DNA of 63,150 bases, filler included, from Reticulomyxa filosa (GCA_000512085.1; 22 parts of 22 records of this genome joined end to end with filler, not necessarily neighbours in it), one strand, 5' to 3'. Counted from the whole stretch's first letter, positions 1 to 13,626 are shown. The notes: generated from the letters alone by a model not told the origin. Numbers and translations: made by a program.

Positions 1-225
1 TTTGGGGAATAAGTAAACGTAAAACTTTTTCCCTCCAACCGTGCCGTCCAAAAAAAAAAAATTAGCTTTTTTTTTTTGTGTTTCCCTTGGCTTTTTGTCA
101 GTGAAAGAGTTGCATCCTTTTCACAACTTTATTTTTTTTCTCTTGGGAAGGATAAGTAGGTGTTCGGATTTTTTTTTAAACTCTCGGTATACGTTTTGCC
201 AAAAAAAAAAAAAAAAGAAGAAAGA

Positions 226-890
226 ATGTCCCGTCAGGAGTGTTCCAAACGTTGTTTGATAGTGTCAAATTATCCATTGAACTGGAGTAAGAACAAACTA
301 CGACTGGAGTTGACAGAAAAGTTGGGCTTGTCTCGCTTGCAATTTTCACAGGCGGAACACGATGATAATAATAATGGACCTCGTGTCACTTTGACTTTCC
401 CTTCGGTTGCACAAGTTAACACTGCGCCCATTTTTTGTTGTTGTTGTGTGTCGTTTTTTTTTTTTTTTACAACTTCTTTATTTAATCGAAGAGATTCCGA
501 TTTGTACATGCTTGCAATTGGAAAATATGTTTATAACTTTGTTCTCCCTTTTGCACAAAGTGTCACACTTTAAATAACAAAAAAAATAAAAATATATATA
601 TATATATATATATGTGTATATATATATGTATATATTTTTTTTGTTCGTTTGTTTATTTTTTGCAAACTCTCCAGGCACATCAAGCTTTTTCGCTACTATC
701 GAATCGGCTGATTGAAGGGAAGTCATTGAAAGTCGAGTACAAAAAAGAAAACGCCGGCAATACGAACGCATCAGATGCGGGTGACAAAACGCCAGTGAAT
801 ACCTCTGGACTTAACAAAACGAAAATATCCACGGTTTCGAGTTTCAAACCGACCAAACTTTTTCTCACTGCACTCAAAAACAAGCAGCTA
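226..890 (+). CDS. RRM-domain RNA-binding protein, 5' part (exons 226-414 and 675-~890)
   Basis: Removing the GT(415)-AG(674) intron gives CLIVSNYPLNWSKNKLRLEL...RVTLTFPSVAQ/AHQAFSLLSNRLIEGKSLKVEY, an RNP2 / RNP1-like / 'G+.L.VEY' RRM pattern. Truncated by the contig end. Confidence 0.7.
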
Positions 891-1001
891 CGTTTTTTTG
901 TTTTTTTTTTTTTTAATTTTTATTTTGCAAGTTTTTATGGATTACAATCCCCCCTCCCTTTTTTTTAATATTTTTTTAAAAAAGATAACATTTGTATGAT
1001 G

Positions 1002-1101
1002 NNNNNNNNNNNNNNNNNNNNNNNNNNNNNNNNNNNNNNNNNNNNTTAATTAATTAANNNNNNNNNNNNNNNNNNNNNNNNNNNNNNNNNNNNNNNNNNN
1101 N
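1002..1101. other. Artificial contig-joining spacer (44N-TTAATTAATTAA-44N); 21 copies in the window
   Basis: Identical 100-bp spacers with stops in all six frames begin at 1002, 2786, 7877, 10077, 11796, 13108, 18141, 19917, 24006, 25263, 28252, 35328, 39213, 43084, 44187, 45287, 47375, 52600, 58870, 60515 and 61799. Confidence 0.98.
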
Positions 1102-1139
1102 GTAAGTGGTGGTAACTGATAGTGTTGAATTTTATCCAT

Positions 1140-2497
1140 CTTAATTTAATTGATAAAAAAAATATCCCCATTAATCATCATTGGCTAGCTAAAAGCCAAC
1201 AGGGGGTAACAGCCGAGCGAAAGATGCCTGGAAACTAAGAAAAGGCCACTGAAGGCCAGGAAATCAACTAGTTGAAATGCTTCAACAATTTTTATGTTTG
1301 TTTTGTTTTTTGTAGTTTTATTCAATTTTGTAAGTGGAATTGTTGAATTTTATCTATTTTAGATTTACCTCGGAACATAAGATGTCATACTTGCTGAAGT
1401 CTCTTAGCTGCACAGAGGTGAGACAAGGCTGATGCTTAAATATTATTTGTTTGTTACTGTGTTCAAGTTTGAATGAAGACAATATTTTTTCTTTTATCAA
1501 TTCAACAAATTACATTCTTCCAGCTAAAAAAAACATACAGAGAATGCTCCAAAATATCCATCTGGTGATCGTTATTCTTTACAAGGTGGAGAAGACTTTA
1601 AAAAAGAAAAAGTTTGGGTTTTATAATGTAAAAGTCATTCATCCACGTGATTTATTGTATTCCATTGTGCATTCTTTTAAAATTAAGTACCTTTGGCAAG
1701 CCTAAAACATTGAATTCCAGAGATGTGCAACGTATTTAGATTGTATAAATTTGCTTTGTTATGTGACTATTGCTGAAGGAGTATTTGACTTTACTTACAA
1801 TTGTTTATGAATGCTTGTTTTGGGAAAAAAACAAGAATGTCGAATTCAAATTGTAAAACAAGCACCTCATCCAATGGATGATGTCGAATTAGGTTGCTCT
1901 ATCACGAAAAATAGTTCAAAAATCAAAGTACAGATTTCGAAGGAAATTGATGCTGTATAAAATAGTTGCCAGATATTTGCATCTGACATCACTATCTGCT
2001 GTCTCGAAGAGTCTGAGCGAGGTCCCAAAGGGATCCTTGGATTCCATCTGAACTACACAGAGGTGAGACAAAGGCAATCAACCTAGTGATGATCACCAAT
2101 GCTTGAAGAAATCTTTTTACAATAATCTAAAAAAAATTGTGTGTAATACTGTAACATATGCTGACGCTTTTCTATTGCCGCTTCCTTTGCAATTGTCATT
2201 CAACTTACAATCAACAAACAATCTTAAACAAAACTGCTACAACTTAAAACAAAACAAAAGTCAATAAAAGGTTGAAGCATTTTTTCTTTGACCGTTTCTT
2301 CGATTGTTGCTTGGATCTTTCAAGTTGTTTCTCGGCCTTTTCTTTGGTGTTTGGTCCTTCAGTGGCCTTTCTCGCATCTTAATGAGATACCGAATCGCGA
2401 TTAGAAGATGTATTTTGGCATTCTTGCCACTCTGTTGGCTTTTAGCTAGCCAATGACGAAGGTGGGTTATTTTTTTTTTTTACACAATTTAAATTGA
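1140..2497. repeat. Diverged long inverted repeat pair (~1140-1340 and ~2200-2497), foldback/MITE-like
   Basis: Exact reverse-complement blocks in collinear order: 1178-1202 / 2432-2456 (25 bp), 1241-1255 / 2356-2370 (15 bp), 1275-1286 / 2271-2282 (12 bp). Internal direct repeat cacagaggtgagacaa at 1411 and 2056. Confidence 0.75.
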
Positions 2498-2885
2498 ACA
2501 TCGATAGTTTTAAGTTAGATTAGTTGTGAAAACAATTTTGGCCTTCCCAGTTAGTATTGCATTAGCGTTGCCATTTTTGCTTGTTCATAATATCCATTAT
2601 CATTTTCTTTACTGCAGTTCGTTGAGTAGTTGACGATATTTAAAAATTTTATTTTGCTAATTTGTTTTCTTTGGACCTTGTCTTTGCTCCGATTTCGCCG
2701 CGAACTTTGCACAAGACGATTTTTCAATGTCCCTTAGAATTGCGATTTGCCAATAGGTACATTTCTTTCTTGATTTTTTTTTTTTNNNNNNNNNNNNNNN
2801 NNNNNNNNNNNNNNNNNNNNNNNNNNNNNTTAATTAATTAANNNNNNNNNNNNNNNNNNNNNNNNNNNNNNNNNNNNNNNNNNNN

Positions 2886-5218
2886 TTCTTATTTCTGATT
2901 CTACCTGAAATTCATGGTTATTCACTATGGCGTAATCGACAATCTACAATGTCTTTGTATCTGTCTTGTTCGCATGGAATATTCTTTGCCCTTTACTGTT
3001 CTCTATATTTAATATTCGGAGCGCATTTCTTTGACACTACTCCATTGGTCGATTCCCGCTCTGGTTATTCACTTTGTCCACCGTATCCGCTTATTTTATT
3101 TCGAAAATCTACATGCATATTCAAAAATATTATTTTAAACTAATTTTTTCTCACTGTTGTTCTTGTTTTCTCTACATCTATCATTTTTGCCGATGGTTGC
3201 AAGAAACAGAATTCATCATATGTACCCTTCATACATAACACCATGATAAAGTCTTCTTTCCTTGAACTTCCTTCCTTCAACATGCTCCGCCGTTCGCTTC
3301 AGTTATGCAACTACTCCTTTCTCTTCCACTTCTCGAAGATCATCTGCTTCTTTGATCTTCTTTCTGTTTTCCTTTGGCTTTTTCCACATAACTATACGGG
3401 CCACTTCATTCAGCTTGATCAAAGATTTTTTTACTTCTTATTTTCAGCGTATCTTGTTCAATATACTATTTCTTCTGTCTTTTCATTTCTTATATTCCAT
3501 TATCTTCTTTTTTTGTTTGGATCAGTATTCTCCACATTTTTGTCTCATCAATTGTGGTTTGTGCTTCCACAATTACGTACTTACTGCACAACTTCTATTT
3601 GTATGCAGATTAACAATCGTGAAAAATTTTGAAAAACTTATTACTTCTATCAGCTTTAATGTAATGTCTACCACATTAGTCATAATGTTCAGATCTTATC
3701 CAAAAAAGATTAATTTATTTGTTCTTTCATTCTGTTTGCTATAAACTCTCCTTTCTAACTTGCAATTCTTCACTTTTCCATTCATTATCTCTTTTATTTA
3801 TCCACTTCTATCTATGTTTAGACGCCATGAATCTTTTTCACTTTTCAATGACTGCTCCCTACTATTTGTTTCAATCCAGATCTCGGTTTGGCTTTCCAAT
3901 ATCGTAGGCACGCTTGTTGTTAAGTCTTCGATCTTCTGCTTTCCGCTTCATATATTTTTTTTATGCTTGTCATTCCACCACTTTATAATCACTTCATTTA
4001 TTTGCTTCTTCGAATTTAGAATCTGTTCCGATAGGCTTTCCGTTCTGCTTGTTATACATTGGATTTCATTCTTTGACTCTTCAATACTTTCCAGGACTTA
4101 ATCCACATGTGTGTTGGTACCCTTTATCTTTCTCATTCTGCTCTTTTATCTCCGCTATCTGGCTATGCATCCAGTACACTGCCGCATTTGTATCAGTATT
4201 TGTGCTTGAATATTATCCACAAATTCCATAAGTGTATTTTGTGCAGCCAATATTTCGGCTTTGTGCACTGTCATATCTACTATAGCATTTCATATTGACA
4301 TGATCATTTCTTCTATGTTTGGTTCTCTTTTGCTTCCGTTAGATCCGGTGTCAACCTTTCTGCCATTTCATGTGTTTGTGATTTTTTTTCCCATTTTGCC
4401 ACCTCTTGTGCAACATCATGCGTTGATACTTAGTGCCCCTCCACAATTTGCTCTAAGTCCTCCCAGTGTTTGGTTTTTATCCGTTCTAAACTTAAAGCCT
4501 GGGTCATTGTAACATTCTTTTTTCTTTACTAACAAACTTGTCGTCATGCTGACTGCCCGAGAATGTAATGTCGTTTTCTTTGTTCTTTTCTTTCGCTTTA
4601 TTGTATACGTTCCCATCGACTAGTAGTGAATCCTAAATCCTTGCAACTTTGCGTATTCCCATTCATTTTTGTAATATGCTTCCAGTCATACTTTGCAAAA
4701 TCTCTTGCCAATTTCGCGACAATTGTCGGTCATAATTAATTTCGGTTACAATCGTACCCTCGTTGACTCACTTCGTCTACATGACCTTAATCAGTGCGAC
4801 TCCTTTTGGAAGTTCCCTTCTAAGTTTTTTTTTTTATTGCGATATGAAATTTACTTTGATTAAGCACAACACGGAACACTTGATTTGGGTATACTTGCGT
4901 ATTCTGCCCATCCAACCTTGGATAATTCTTACCAAAATCAAAATAAACGCTATTCCGCCGTTTATCAACTTTCATCGTATTTGGTTTTTGTGCATTATGG
5001 ATCGATTTATTTGGTACATCTTTCTGTATTTCAGTTTCCTTTTGCTTATCTGCTTCTCTTTTCCTTTCACTTTCCAAGTAATTTACCATCCATTCTTTTA
5101 AATGTTTGAATTCATACTTATTTTCTATCTTTGTTTTACCTTCCACTTTATTAGAATTTTCTGCCATTCTTAGTGTCCTTGTCGCTTTGCTTTTACTCGA
5201 AGAAATTTCAAATTTCAC
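2886..5218 (-). mobile_element. Second degenerate LINE-associated ORF1-like region
   Basis: IEEMIMSI*NAIVDMTVHKAEILAAQNTL (~4230-4316) aligns with ILEVLRYVVKTLSEMQIHNTEIAAAQNTF in ORF 7298-7669. Strong strand A/T skew, Lys/Glu-rich broken frames, no introns. Confidence 0.5.
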
Positions 5219-5449
5219 TTAGTCTACCTTGTGCTAACAATCCCAGTTACGAAGCAGTTGCTTGGACTTGGAAACTTGTCAGTTTACTCGAAGTTTTAGC
5301 CGAAAGTTTAATGATGAAGGAGGTTTAAAAAAGATATAGAGAGTTTTTTTTGAGTTTTGAAAAACAGAACGATTTAATTCAATGTATTGTTTAAATAGTG
5401 TTTTCCTCTGATGTAATTCACCTTCACACTTTACAATTGCCATTTTTCT

Positions 5450-7700
5450 TATATATGGATTCTTATCAAACCCCTTTTGGCAAAAAGTTTGTGCATTCTC
5501 TATTGTCATCTCCATATTCTACCTTCAATATTTCTTGCATGAGCGTTTCAAGTCTAATGCATTCTAGCATTACATACATTATTGGTGCATCCCATTTTGG
5601 TTGCACCAAGTGCATCTTTTAATCCTTTTTTGTGTGCCTCCATTTCCAATTGAAGCATTGATTCACTGTTACTATCGTTACAAAAGCCTCAATCTGTTGT
5701 GTATTTGTGAATAGTTTACTCCTTGTAACAGCATATACTTTTATGAGGCATCTTGGTCGTTTGTCATGCATATTATTATGCTACATGATTGTGCATTTTG
5801 TATCCTTTGCTTATCTGTCTTATAATTCGCATTCATTATAATCTCTTTTACTTGCTTGTTCCATTGCACTAGTGTCATGTTTGGTATTTATTCCCATTGT
5901 TGTAACATATCATATTCTTCTAATTTCTGTATATGTCTATTGAGTAGTTTGTGTATCTTCTTTCCAATAGGCATCGCATCTTCTGCCTAGTGTATTCATA
6001 TTCTGCTAGTAATAGCTTCTTAGCATATTCGTTTTCACTTATAATGTTATACTACATCTTAGGAGAAGCAAGTCTATAATTACTTTTAGGGGGTGGCAAC
6101 TTTAGTAGTAGTCTCATTGCATTATGTCTTGTCGTTGCATATGTTCACATTATTTTTATTAGAATTCTATGTTGAACTGCCTCTATCTTATTCATCCAGG
6201 TATTATTGGGTTTGTACGTTTGTGCACTATATTATAATATTGGCCTTATAATTTATTTATAGTATTGTATTTACATCTCCACTGGCACCTTTCCCCCTAT
6301 AATTCCTTGCATATAACTCCTTGTGCAACAACTGTATTATATTACTTGGATTTGCCAATTTAGTCTTTACCACTAATCAATCACGCCATATCGAATCAAA
6401 TGCCCTTTGGAAATTTACTCACAGTATCATCTGGGGAATTTCAGTCACTTTAGAGTGTTACGTTATTATTCTAAACGTTATGAGTTCATGTGCTATTACT
6501 CTTTGTCTTAGAAATCCTCATTGTAACTCATGCAGGGTCTGCTATATTGCAGGTATTATTCTGTTTAGTATTGCTTTATCTATTATTGATAGTCGATGAT
6601 TTGACTCATCTTGTGTCATCGCAGTTGTACATATTGTTATTTTTCGGAGAATGACCAGCTTGGACATTAATAATTTCATTGGTATTCTACTAGTGTCTTC
6701 AACCATGTGATTAATAAATTTTTTGGATATCTGTCTGAACATATTTTCACGAATTCATTCTGTACACAATCAAAAAATACTGCTTTATTTGTTGCTAGTT
6801 ATTTCGCCGCTTCTTGTCTTTATTTTAGTTTCTTCTCTTTTCGTGCTTTAACTATAACATACTTTCTTCTGACATTTTTGTTTCTTGTAGTATTACATCT
6901 GGATCAAATTTCTCAAAATTTATCATATGTAATATCTCTTGCTGTCCTAATTGTTGCAAATTTTTGTCCAAACATTATTATTTCATTAGTCATGTGACTT
7001 TCTTGTCTTTTCGCATTATTACTTACTTCATTGTATTCTTTATTTCTATTTTCCTTCATCCTTTCTTCGTACTGTTCTGATTTTCTTTCAACTATATGTA
7101 ATTTATAATATCTATTTATTTATTCTCCACTATCTCCTTTTACCTTATCAACGTATAATCACTCATTTGGTAACTTCTTTCTCTTGTTTGTTCCACATAT
7201 TGATTCACCGTTGTCATTCGATCATATACGTTATCCACTTGATTCCCCATTACATTTACTTGGTCAATTGCTTGTTGTACACCTTTCACTGCATATACTA
7301 TTCTGTCTTGAGATTCTTATATCGTTCATGCATTACTTTTACATTGTTTTTTATTATTTCACTAGATTTTATTACTTCATTTGTCCCCTTATGTGTATTT
7401 TCAGTCTTCACCTTGATTTTACCAATTTGTTTATTTATCACATTAATATTATTATTTATATCATGTATCTGTCTACTTATTCTATATGCTATTTCCAAGA
7501 ACGTATTCTGTGCCGCAGCAATTTCAGTATTGTGTATTTGCATTTCAGATAGCGTTTTCACCACATATCGTAGGACCTCCAGTATTCTTTCATCATCAAT
7601 TTCATTCTTTGCTTCAATGTTATTTACTGTATCCGTTTGCAGTGTTTCCGGAATTTCTATCGTTGACATCTTTTTATATAGTTTTACTTTAACTTTTTTT
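5450..7700 (-). mobile_element. Degenerate non-LTR retrotransposon (LINE-like): ORF1-like coiled coil, RT relic and C-terminal Cys/His finger relic
   Basis: Minus-strand relics: HELQ*GFLRQ (QxGF), NFQRAFDSIWRD*L (DxxKAFDxVW) at ~6375-6418, IRPIL*YSAQTY...KIEAVQHRIL...LLLKLPPL (RT thumb) at ~6090-6255, RCTWCNQ...VMLEC at ~5560-5620. Many stops and deletions. Confidence 0.8.
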
Positions 7701-9887
7701 CATATACTACTTGTCCTTCTGTTTTTGTCATTGCATCCACTTACATTGTCTACTTACTCCTTTCATTCATTTTTTTGTGTTCAGGAATACAAATATTGTT
7801 CTCTTAATTACTTTTCTTTTCGCCATTCCATCTTGAATATGAACTTTTTCAATCATTTTTTTTTAAATAAAAATATNNNNNNNNNNNNNNNNNNNNNNNN
7901 NNNNNNNNNNNNNNNNNNNNTTAATTAATTAANNNNNNNNNNNNNNNNNNNNNNNNNNNNNNNNNNNNNNNNNNNNAAAAGTGGGAAAAAAATGACAGTT
8001 ACAAGTCTTGCATTCATTTTTAAAATTGAAATAGAATGTTGTTGTGTGTGCATGTTCCCTACTATTTGCCTTATGTATTTTTTGAACACAACTTCTCAGT
8101 TGAACAGTCTGACTTAGTTTGCTCCAATTAGCAGTTTCAATGACAAAAAAAGACATATTGATTTTATGCGTCAATTGAATTGTAGAAACATAACATCCAC
8201 TTATTGCGGATTTGGCTGTTGGCATAGCAAACGGCAAATTAAGACTATTGTCAGATATATTGTCTACTTACAATAAATTAATCCAAGTTGAAAAATAGTA
8301 TGAGACCAAGTATTGCATGCCGTAAATATTTTCCTACAGCATTCGCTAATGTAATACAAGGCCATATTGTTATGTGAATTCTACATCTTTTGACTCAAAC
8401 TAACTTACTTCACACTTTCTATCGTTTCTTCTCGTTTTGTTGTGTGTTGTCATTTATATTATTTTTATTAAGAATATATCAGTGGCAATATTTTCGTATT
8501 ACCCTGTGTCAGTCAAAGTGACAATAAGCACACTACACAATAGGAAGTGTTTTTTTAAAAGTGCTCTGTTTTGCTTTTTCTTTTCATTTGCTGCTGTCTT
8601 GTTTTGCTCAATAATACATTTTTATAATTTGTTCTCAAGTCGTTGCATAAGCATAAAATGCGAGCTTTTTATGCTTTGTAAAACTTTGTCAATTTTTTTA
8701 TTGTGGATATAATACTAGAAATGATCATAGTCAGAAAATGTACCTTATCATCTTATCCAAGATACTGATACCTCCATTGTAGACATCAGTATCGTGTCTC
8801 ATCAAACAAGAAAAAATTCTTTTATCATTGTGTGTTCTTTTTGAACGAGAGTACTGAGAAAAGTTGTTACATAGATTCTTCAACTATGAATTTCGCTGTA
8901 GTTATTAGCGCTTTCTCGCAAAGCAACAAAGCATATGGACGGATCGCAACAACAAATATGCACATTATCTACTCCAAGTAAATTCAAAAAAATAAAGGAT
9001 TGCTTTGTCATGCCTTGTTTATCGCACATTACACAGACTTCCGTAGCGACTGACAAAAGCAAATGTTTCATACTAAGCAGTGACAGCTTTAAAAACTCAC
9101 TCCAAACTCACATATCTCAGTGCGCACAAAATCAAGTAAGATCTTTTTCTTGTTTGCATTGATTCAACTCACTGTACGCTCACAAAAAGTATTGACGCAA
9201 TAATAATAATAATACGCTTTTCATTTGTTTTAAGTCGTCTTTTTTCCCAACACTTCAACTAGTCAAAAAGGGTTCATACATTAAAAAAACCCTTTTTTTA
9301 CTTTCACAACTGAAAGTGCGCTTTGAACAACAAGTCACCTGGACAATATAAAGCTGTAAGGTCACCCAAGGTGAGTTATTAAAAAAAATTTGAACGACTT
9401 CTCAAAAACTGAAACACATGGCCCGGCACCTGCTGGCACCGTCCATGAAAGGATCACTGCCAAATAAAAGCAAAATTTTTTAAAAGCGCTTTGATGACTT
9501 CGTCATGTGGTTGCTATTGACAGCTCACTTACTAACAATTGCTAGCCACAAATTGGTGGACACGTGGTAGACAGTTGTTTCTCCCTGCTGTTTCAAAGGA
9601 AAAAACAATGGATGAAAGAGCTTTTAACATTACTAAAATCATAATATATTGAGCAAACTTGGAGAAAATTACTTACATTATATTTTCAAGAAGAAAGTGA
9701 AGACAATGAACATCTGTTTCAGTTTAAAAGTACCTTAAACGCATATCACTGAGCAAAACAAGTTTGCACAAGTGCAACAAAAAAATGCAAGTTTTTTTTT
9801 TAATTGAAGGTGTTTGTAACCTATTATTCAAAATTGAGAACTTGACCGTTTTTGAACCTATCCTTTCTTATGTTCTATGTGTATTAA

Positions 9888-10038
9888 ATGACAACTCACT
9901 CTCAAACTCAAACTGATCGTGGTCGTTCCCAGAGTACGATCCAGAACAGACACGCGTTGTCACTAGTTAACATCGACATTGGAGACTATGTAAAGTTAGC
10001 CCATGGAGAAGTGGCAGTGGTTAAATTCATAGGAGAAG
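9888..10038 (+). CDS. CAP-Gly domain protein, first exon (truncated)
   Basis: IDIGDYVKLAHGEVAVVKFIGE matches the start of CAP-Gly (IGDRV.....G.V+F+G); then a GT donor, poly-A and the contig end. Confidence 0.6.
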
Positions 10039-12013
10039 TTTCGACTACAAAAAAAAAAAAAAAAAAAAAAAAAAAANNNNNNNNNNNNNNNNNNNNNNNN
10101 NNNNNNNNNNNNNNNNNNNNTTAATTAATTAANNNNNNNNNNNNNNNNNNNNNNNNNNNNNNNNNNNNNNNNNNNNTGCAACCCAAGAAAAAAACAAGAA
10201 GACGAACGTCGATGTGAAGAATGGCAACCACTTTAAAGGTCGGTGTGAATACATATTGTTTGTAATATGCATCAATCAAGGCAATGTAAACATATGTCCT
10301 TTGATTGTGAAGTGCTTTAGTTTTGGTTTGGAGTGAGTGAAAGAGTAAAAAGAGATTAATGGAAAGAAAAAAGAAAAAAAAAGAGAAGAAAGAGTAAATA
10401 CGAAAATGTGGATCAATAATTTTAGGACCGTATCGACTACTTCAAACAATATGTGGCAAGTAGCAATGGATCATGTGTAAGAGGGATGACGACAATGACA
10501 ATGTACCAGTGCAAGAAGCAAGGCATATCTACGTCCATAGAGACAAAGTGGATAAAAAAGGATCGATACAATACATCACTTGGAGATTATGAATAACATG
10601 CATGAAAGCGAAGCATAAGTGGCAATGGAGTGTTGTGTGTTCTGCAATCATAACAAATAACATTCACTCCAATTATGATGATGTGAGTCATTTATCCAAG
10701 TACACGTGGTTGCATGTTATATGTGTTTGCAGCTATGTTGTATGTGGTTTCCAATACCACACACATCAGTTTGGTGGAGAATATTCAAATTGTGGATTAT
10801 TGCCAGTCGTTTGGTGATTGGATTGTTTTTTCAATATAAAAACCTGGTTATCGTCGTCCAAGCAAGATTGATATGAAATGATTAGAGTATTTCATCAAAG
10901 TGAAACTGCAACTGTTTTGTCTTTTTTTATTAATTTATCCAAACCACTTTTTTAAATAAATATTTTGTTTGTTTGTTCGTGTGTTCTCAAAATTGAACAT
11001 AGCAAAATTTGCTCAAAGTAATTGAAGTTAAAAAAACATTTATTATTTTTGTCTTTTTTTCAAAGTATTTCAATTAATGTATTTTTGTTTCTATCTCAGG
11101 TAATATGATAAGACTGCAAGTGGAGATGATAGTGAACCAGGCAATGAAACCACAAATGAAGAAAAGAAGAAGAGCATGTACAAAAATGTTGGATTTAATC
11201 AAATACTGCGGCCTTACCTAGTGCCAATCAAATGAACCAATTTCTTATTACACAAATACACTACTTCCTCCTGAGGAATCGAGTTTTGTCTGGTCATGTA
11301 GAAAGATAGAATGGTTCGAGGCATTGTATACGTGGCGAAACATTTTTTTACATTTAGACTCTGTCAAGATGGATGGTGCTTCTTGTGTGCATGCGCATAT
11401 GATTGCAATTGTTAGTTGCAAAAAAAAGTAACAAAAAGATTACTTTTATAGATTGTGAAACCAGAGGAAGAAGAGAAGAAAAAACAAAAGCAAATCGAAG
11501 TATTGCACATATATCCAGCAACGTATACTTATAAAAACTTTGAAATGAAAGCAATGATGATAGCAAAAAAAGATTAAAGGAATAGACAACAGCGTGATGA
11601 CAAATTGAAGTGGCATTGGCATATTTTTGTACTCAATGTATCGACCAAAACTGGCAAAGAGAAAACAGATGATAATAAAGTCCAAATATAGGATTGCAAC
11701 GCGGGACTGTTTGTAATTATAGATAAGACTGAACAAAAAAAAATAAAGTCAATCGTAATTGAGTGATCCCACAAAGAAAGAAGATGAAAGCAAAANNNNN
11801 NNNNNNNNNNNNNNNNNNNNNNNNNNNNNNNNNNNNNNNTTAATTAATTAANNNNNNNNNNNNNNNNNNNNNNNNNNNNNNNNNNNNNNNNNNNNTTTTA
11901 TTAGTATCATCAACAATATTATCATTTAGGATTTTTTTGATCCCATCCTTCTCCCCCCCCGCCCCCTTTGCCCCCTTTTTTTTTTTTTTAAAAAAAAGCT
12001 ATACCTTCGGGTA

Positions 12014-12418
12014 TCAAGCATCCGTCATAAGTTGTTCGTTGAGCAGCATAAGTGATATTGCAACAAGAAGTGAAGGAATTGGAAGCAAAACTTGGTCCAT
12101 GCAGGTTTGGAAAGCGGTCTGATTGCGGTGGGCCCACTGCAGTGAGCAGTGATCGAGAATCTCGGTCCTGCAATCTGCGTTGACGTCGTGATAGCAAATT
12201 TGGGAGCAGGAGTTGTTGCAACTGTCCTTCAAGGCGCACACCGTGCCGTTGGATCCGGACCAAGAGCCGAGGTCGTCACAGGAATTGACATCGATGATTT
12301 GCGTTTGGACGGCCTGTTGACAGCACGAGGACAGCGAGGCATAATTGGGCAGCAGACAGGAGGCCAAGATGTCAATGGAGCCAGTGAACTCATACAAGCT
12401 GATGGTATCAGAAGTGCA

Positions 12419-12458
<40 letters not shown>

Positions 12459-13060
12459 TATGTGAAATCGACAACAAAGGAATAGCATACTTGCAACGAG
12501 TCGCACGTGACAATCGCATCGCACTCGACAGCAAAGGTTTGATTTTTGGCCGAGCATTGTTCGGAAGAGGAGGATGCATTGACGTCGATGTTCCACCCTC
12601 CAAAGTCGGCATGTCCGCACAGCTGCACGTACGAGATGAGTTGGAGTTGTTGAGAGCCACTGATTGACGCCTTTGTTCCCGACGTGCAATAGCAGCCTGT
12701 GTTGTTGTTTACACTGGAATTGGAGCTTGTTGCAATGGTGAACACATTGCTTACTTCTCCTCCTATATTATTACTAGTGCTACTGTTGCAATTACCCACC
12801 CACCAGTAGTTGGTTCCTCCATGATGTTCGTACGTGCCGCACGCTTGAGGTTCAAAGGACGACGTATCTGCTGAGATGGCCTTGCATACATTTGTGGCCT
12901 CCACAGTCGCGCCACACTGCATGCTTTTGGTCTCCGTGCCATCGCTCAAGCGCACCAAGTCAAACGTGGACCACACCGACAGGCTCTTCTTCAATACTGC
13001 CAATGCGTTGCATCCGTCGTCGTTGTCTTGGCCACGTTCGAAATTTGCTGACACGACCAA
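12014..13060 (-). CDS. Cys-rich extracellular/surface protein with poly-Ser linker and hydrophobic C-terminus (possible GPI anchor); 5' truncated
   Basis: 348-aa open frame, GC-richer than its flanks, regularly spaced Cys, a poly-Ser tract and the tail VLLPIPSLLVAISLMLL. Confidence 0.7.
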
Positions 13061-13068
13061 TTTGCTTC

Positions 13069-13107
<39 letters not shown>

Positions 13108-13207
13108 NNNNNNNNNNNNNNNNNNNNNNNNNNNNNNNNNNNNNNNNNNNNTTAATTAATTAANNNNNNNNNNNNNNNNNNNNNNNNNNNNNNNNNNNNN
13201 NNNNNNN

Positions 13208-13626
13208 CAATTTTTTGTAAACGATTTTTCAAATTTGAAAAAACTTGATCAGCATTTCCACCTACTGGCATTTGGATTTTAAATTATTGTACAAATTCTT
13301 ATCACTTATTTGTTGATATTTCAAAATATTCCATAAGATGTGTAAACTCATTTCTGTCATTATTTTTAATTCATTATCTTCTTTCAATCTGTCATTTCAA
13401 ATAGTAACAAGAATTTTTTCTCAATAGTAATGCATGTATACATACATATATACATATATATTTATAGAACATTTAACTCATTGACATTGCAATTGGAACA
13501 AATTTCTGTCAGTTTCTATCTTGTCTTATAATAAAAATGATTGAAATTTTTCCATGTTTGTACCAAAATCCTTGAATAATTCCAGCAAAACAGATTGTTG
13601 TCCAAATTTGTGCTATATTCAGACAT
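13208..13626 (-). pseudogene. PUB-like domain family pseudogene fragment
   Basis: EMSLHILWNILKYQQISDKNLYNNLKSKCQ*...NADQVFSNLKNRLQKI resembles the PUB core (NIL..P...KYR.I) with an internal deletion, a stop and a frameshift. Confidence 0.45.

Noticed and set aside
1046-1057. Regularly recurring TTAATTAATTAA as a biological repeat or CRISPR-like array
   Set aside because: Always centred in 88 Ns; it is a six-frame-stop linker used to concatenate contigs.
7167-7928. 253-aa hydrophobic plus-strand ORF (and similar Phe/Leu/Ile-rich ORFs at 3243-4512 and 27643-28225)
   Set aside because: Antisense shadows of A-rich minus-strand relics or T-rich low-complexity DNA.
10400-10920. Membrane-protein gene
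   Set aside because: Coding-like but interrupted by multiple stops, with no recognisable motif.
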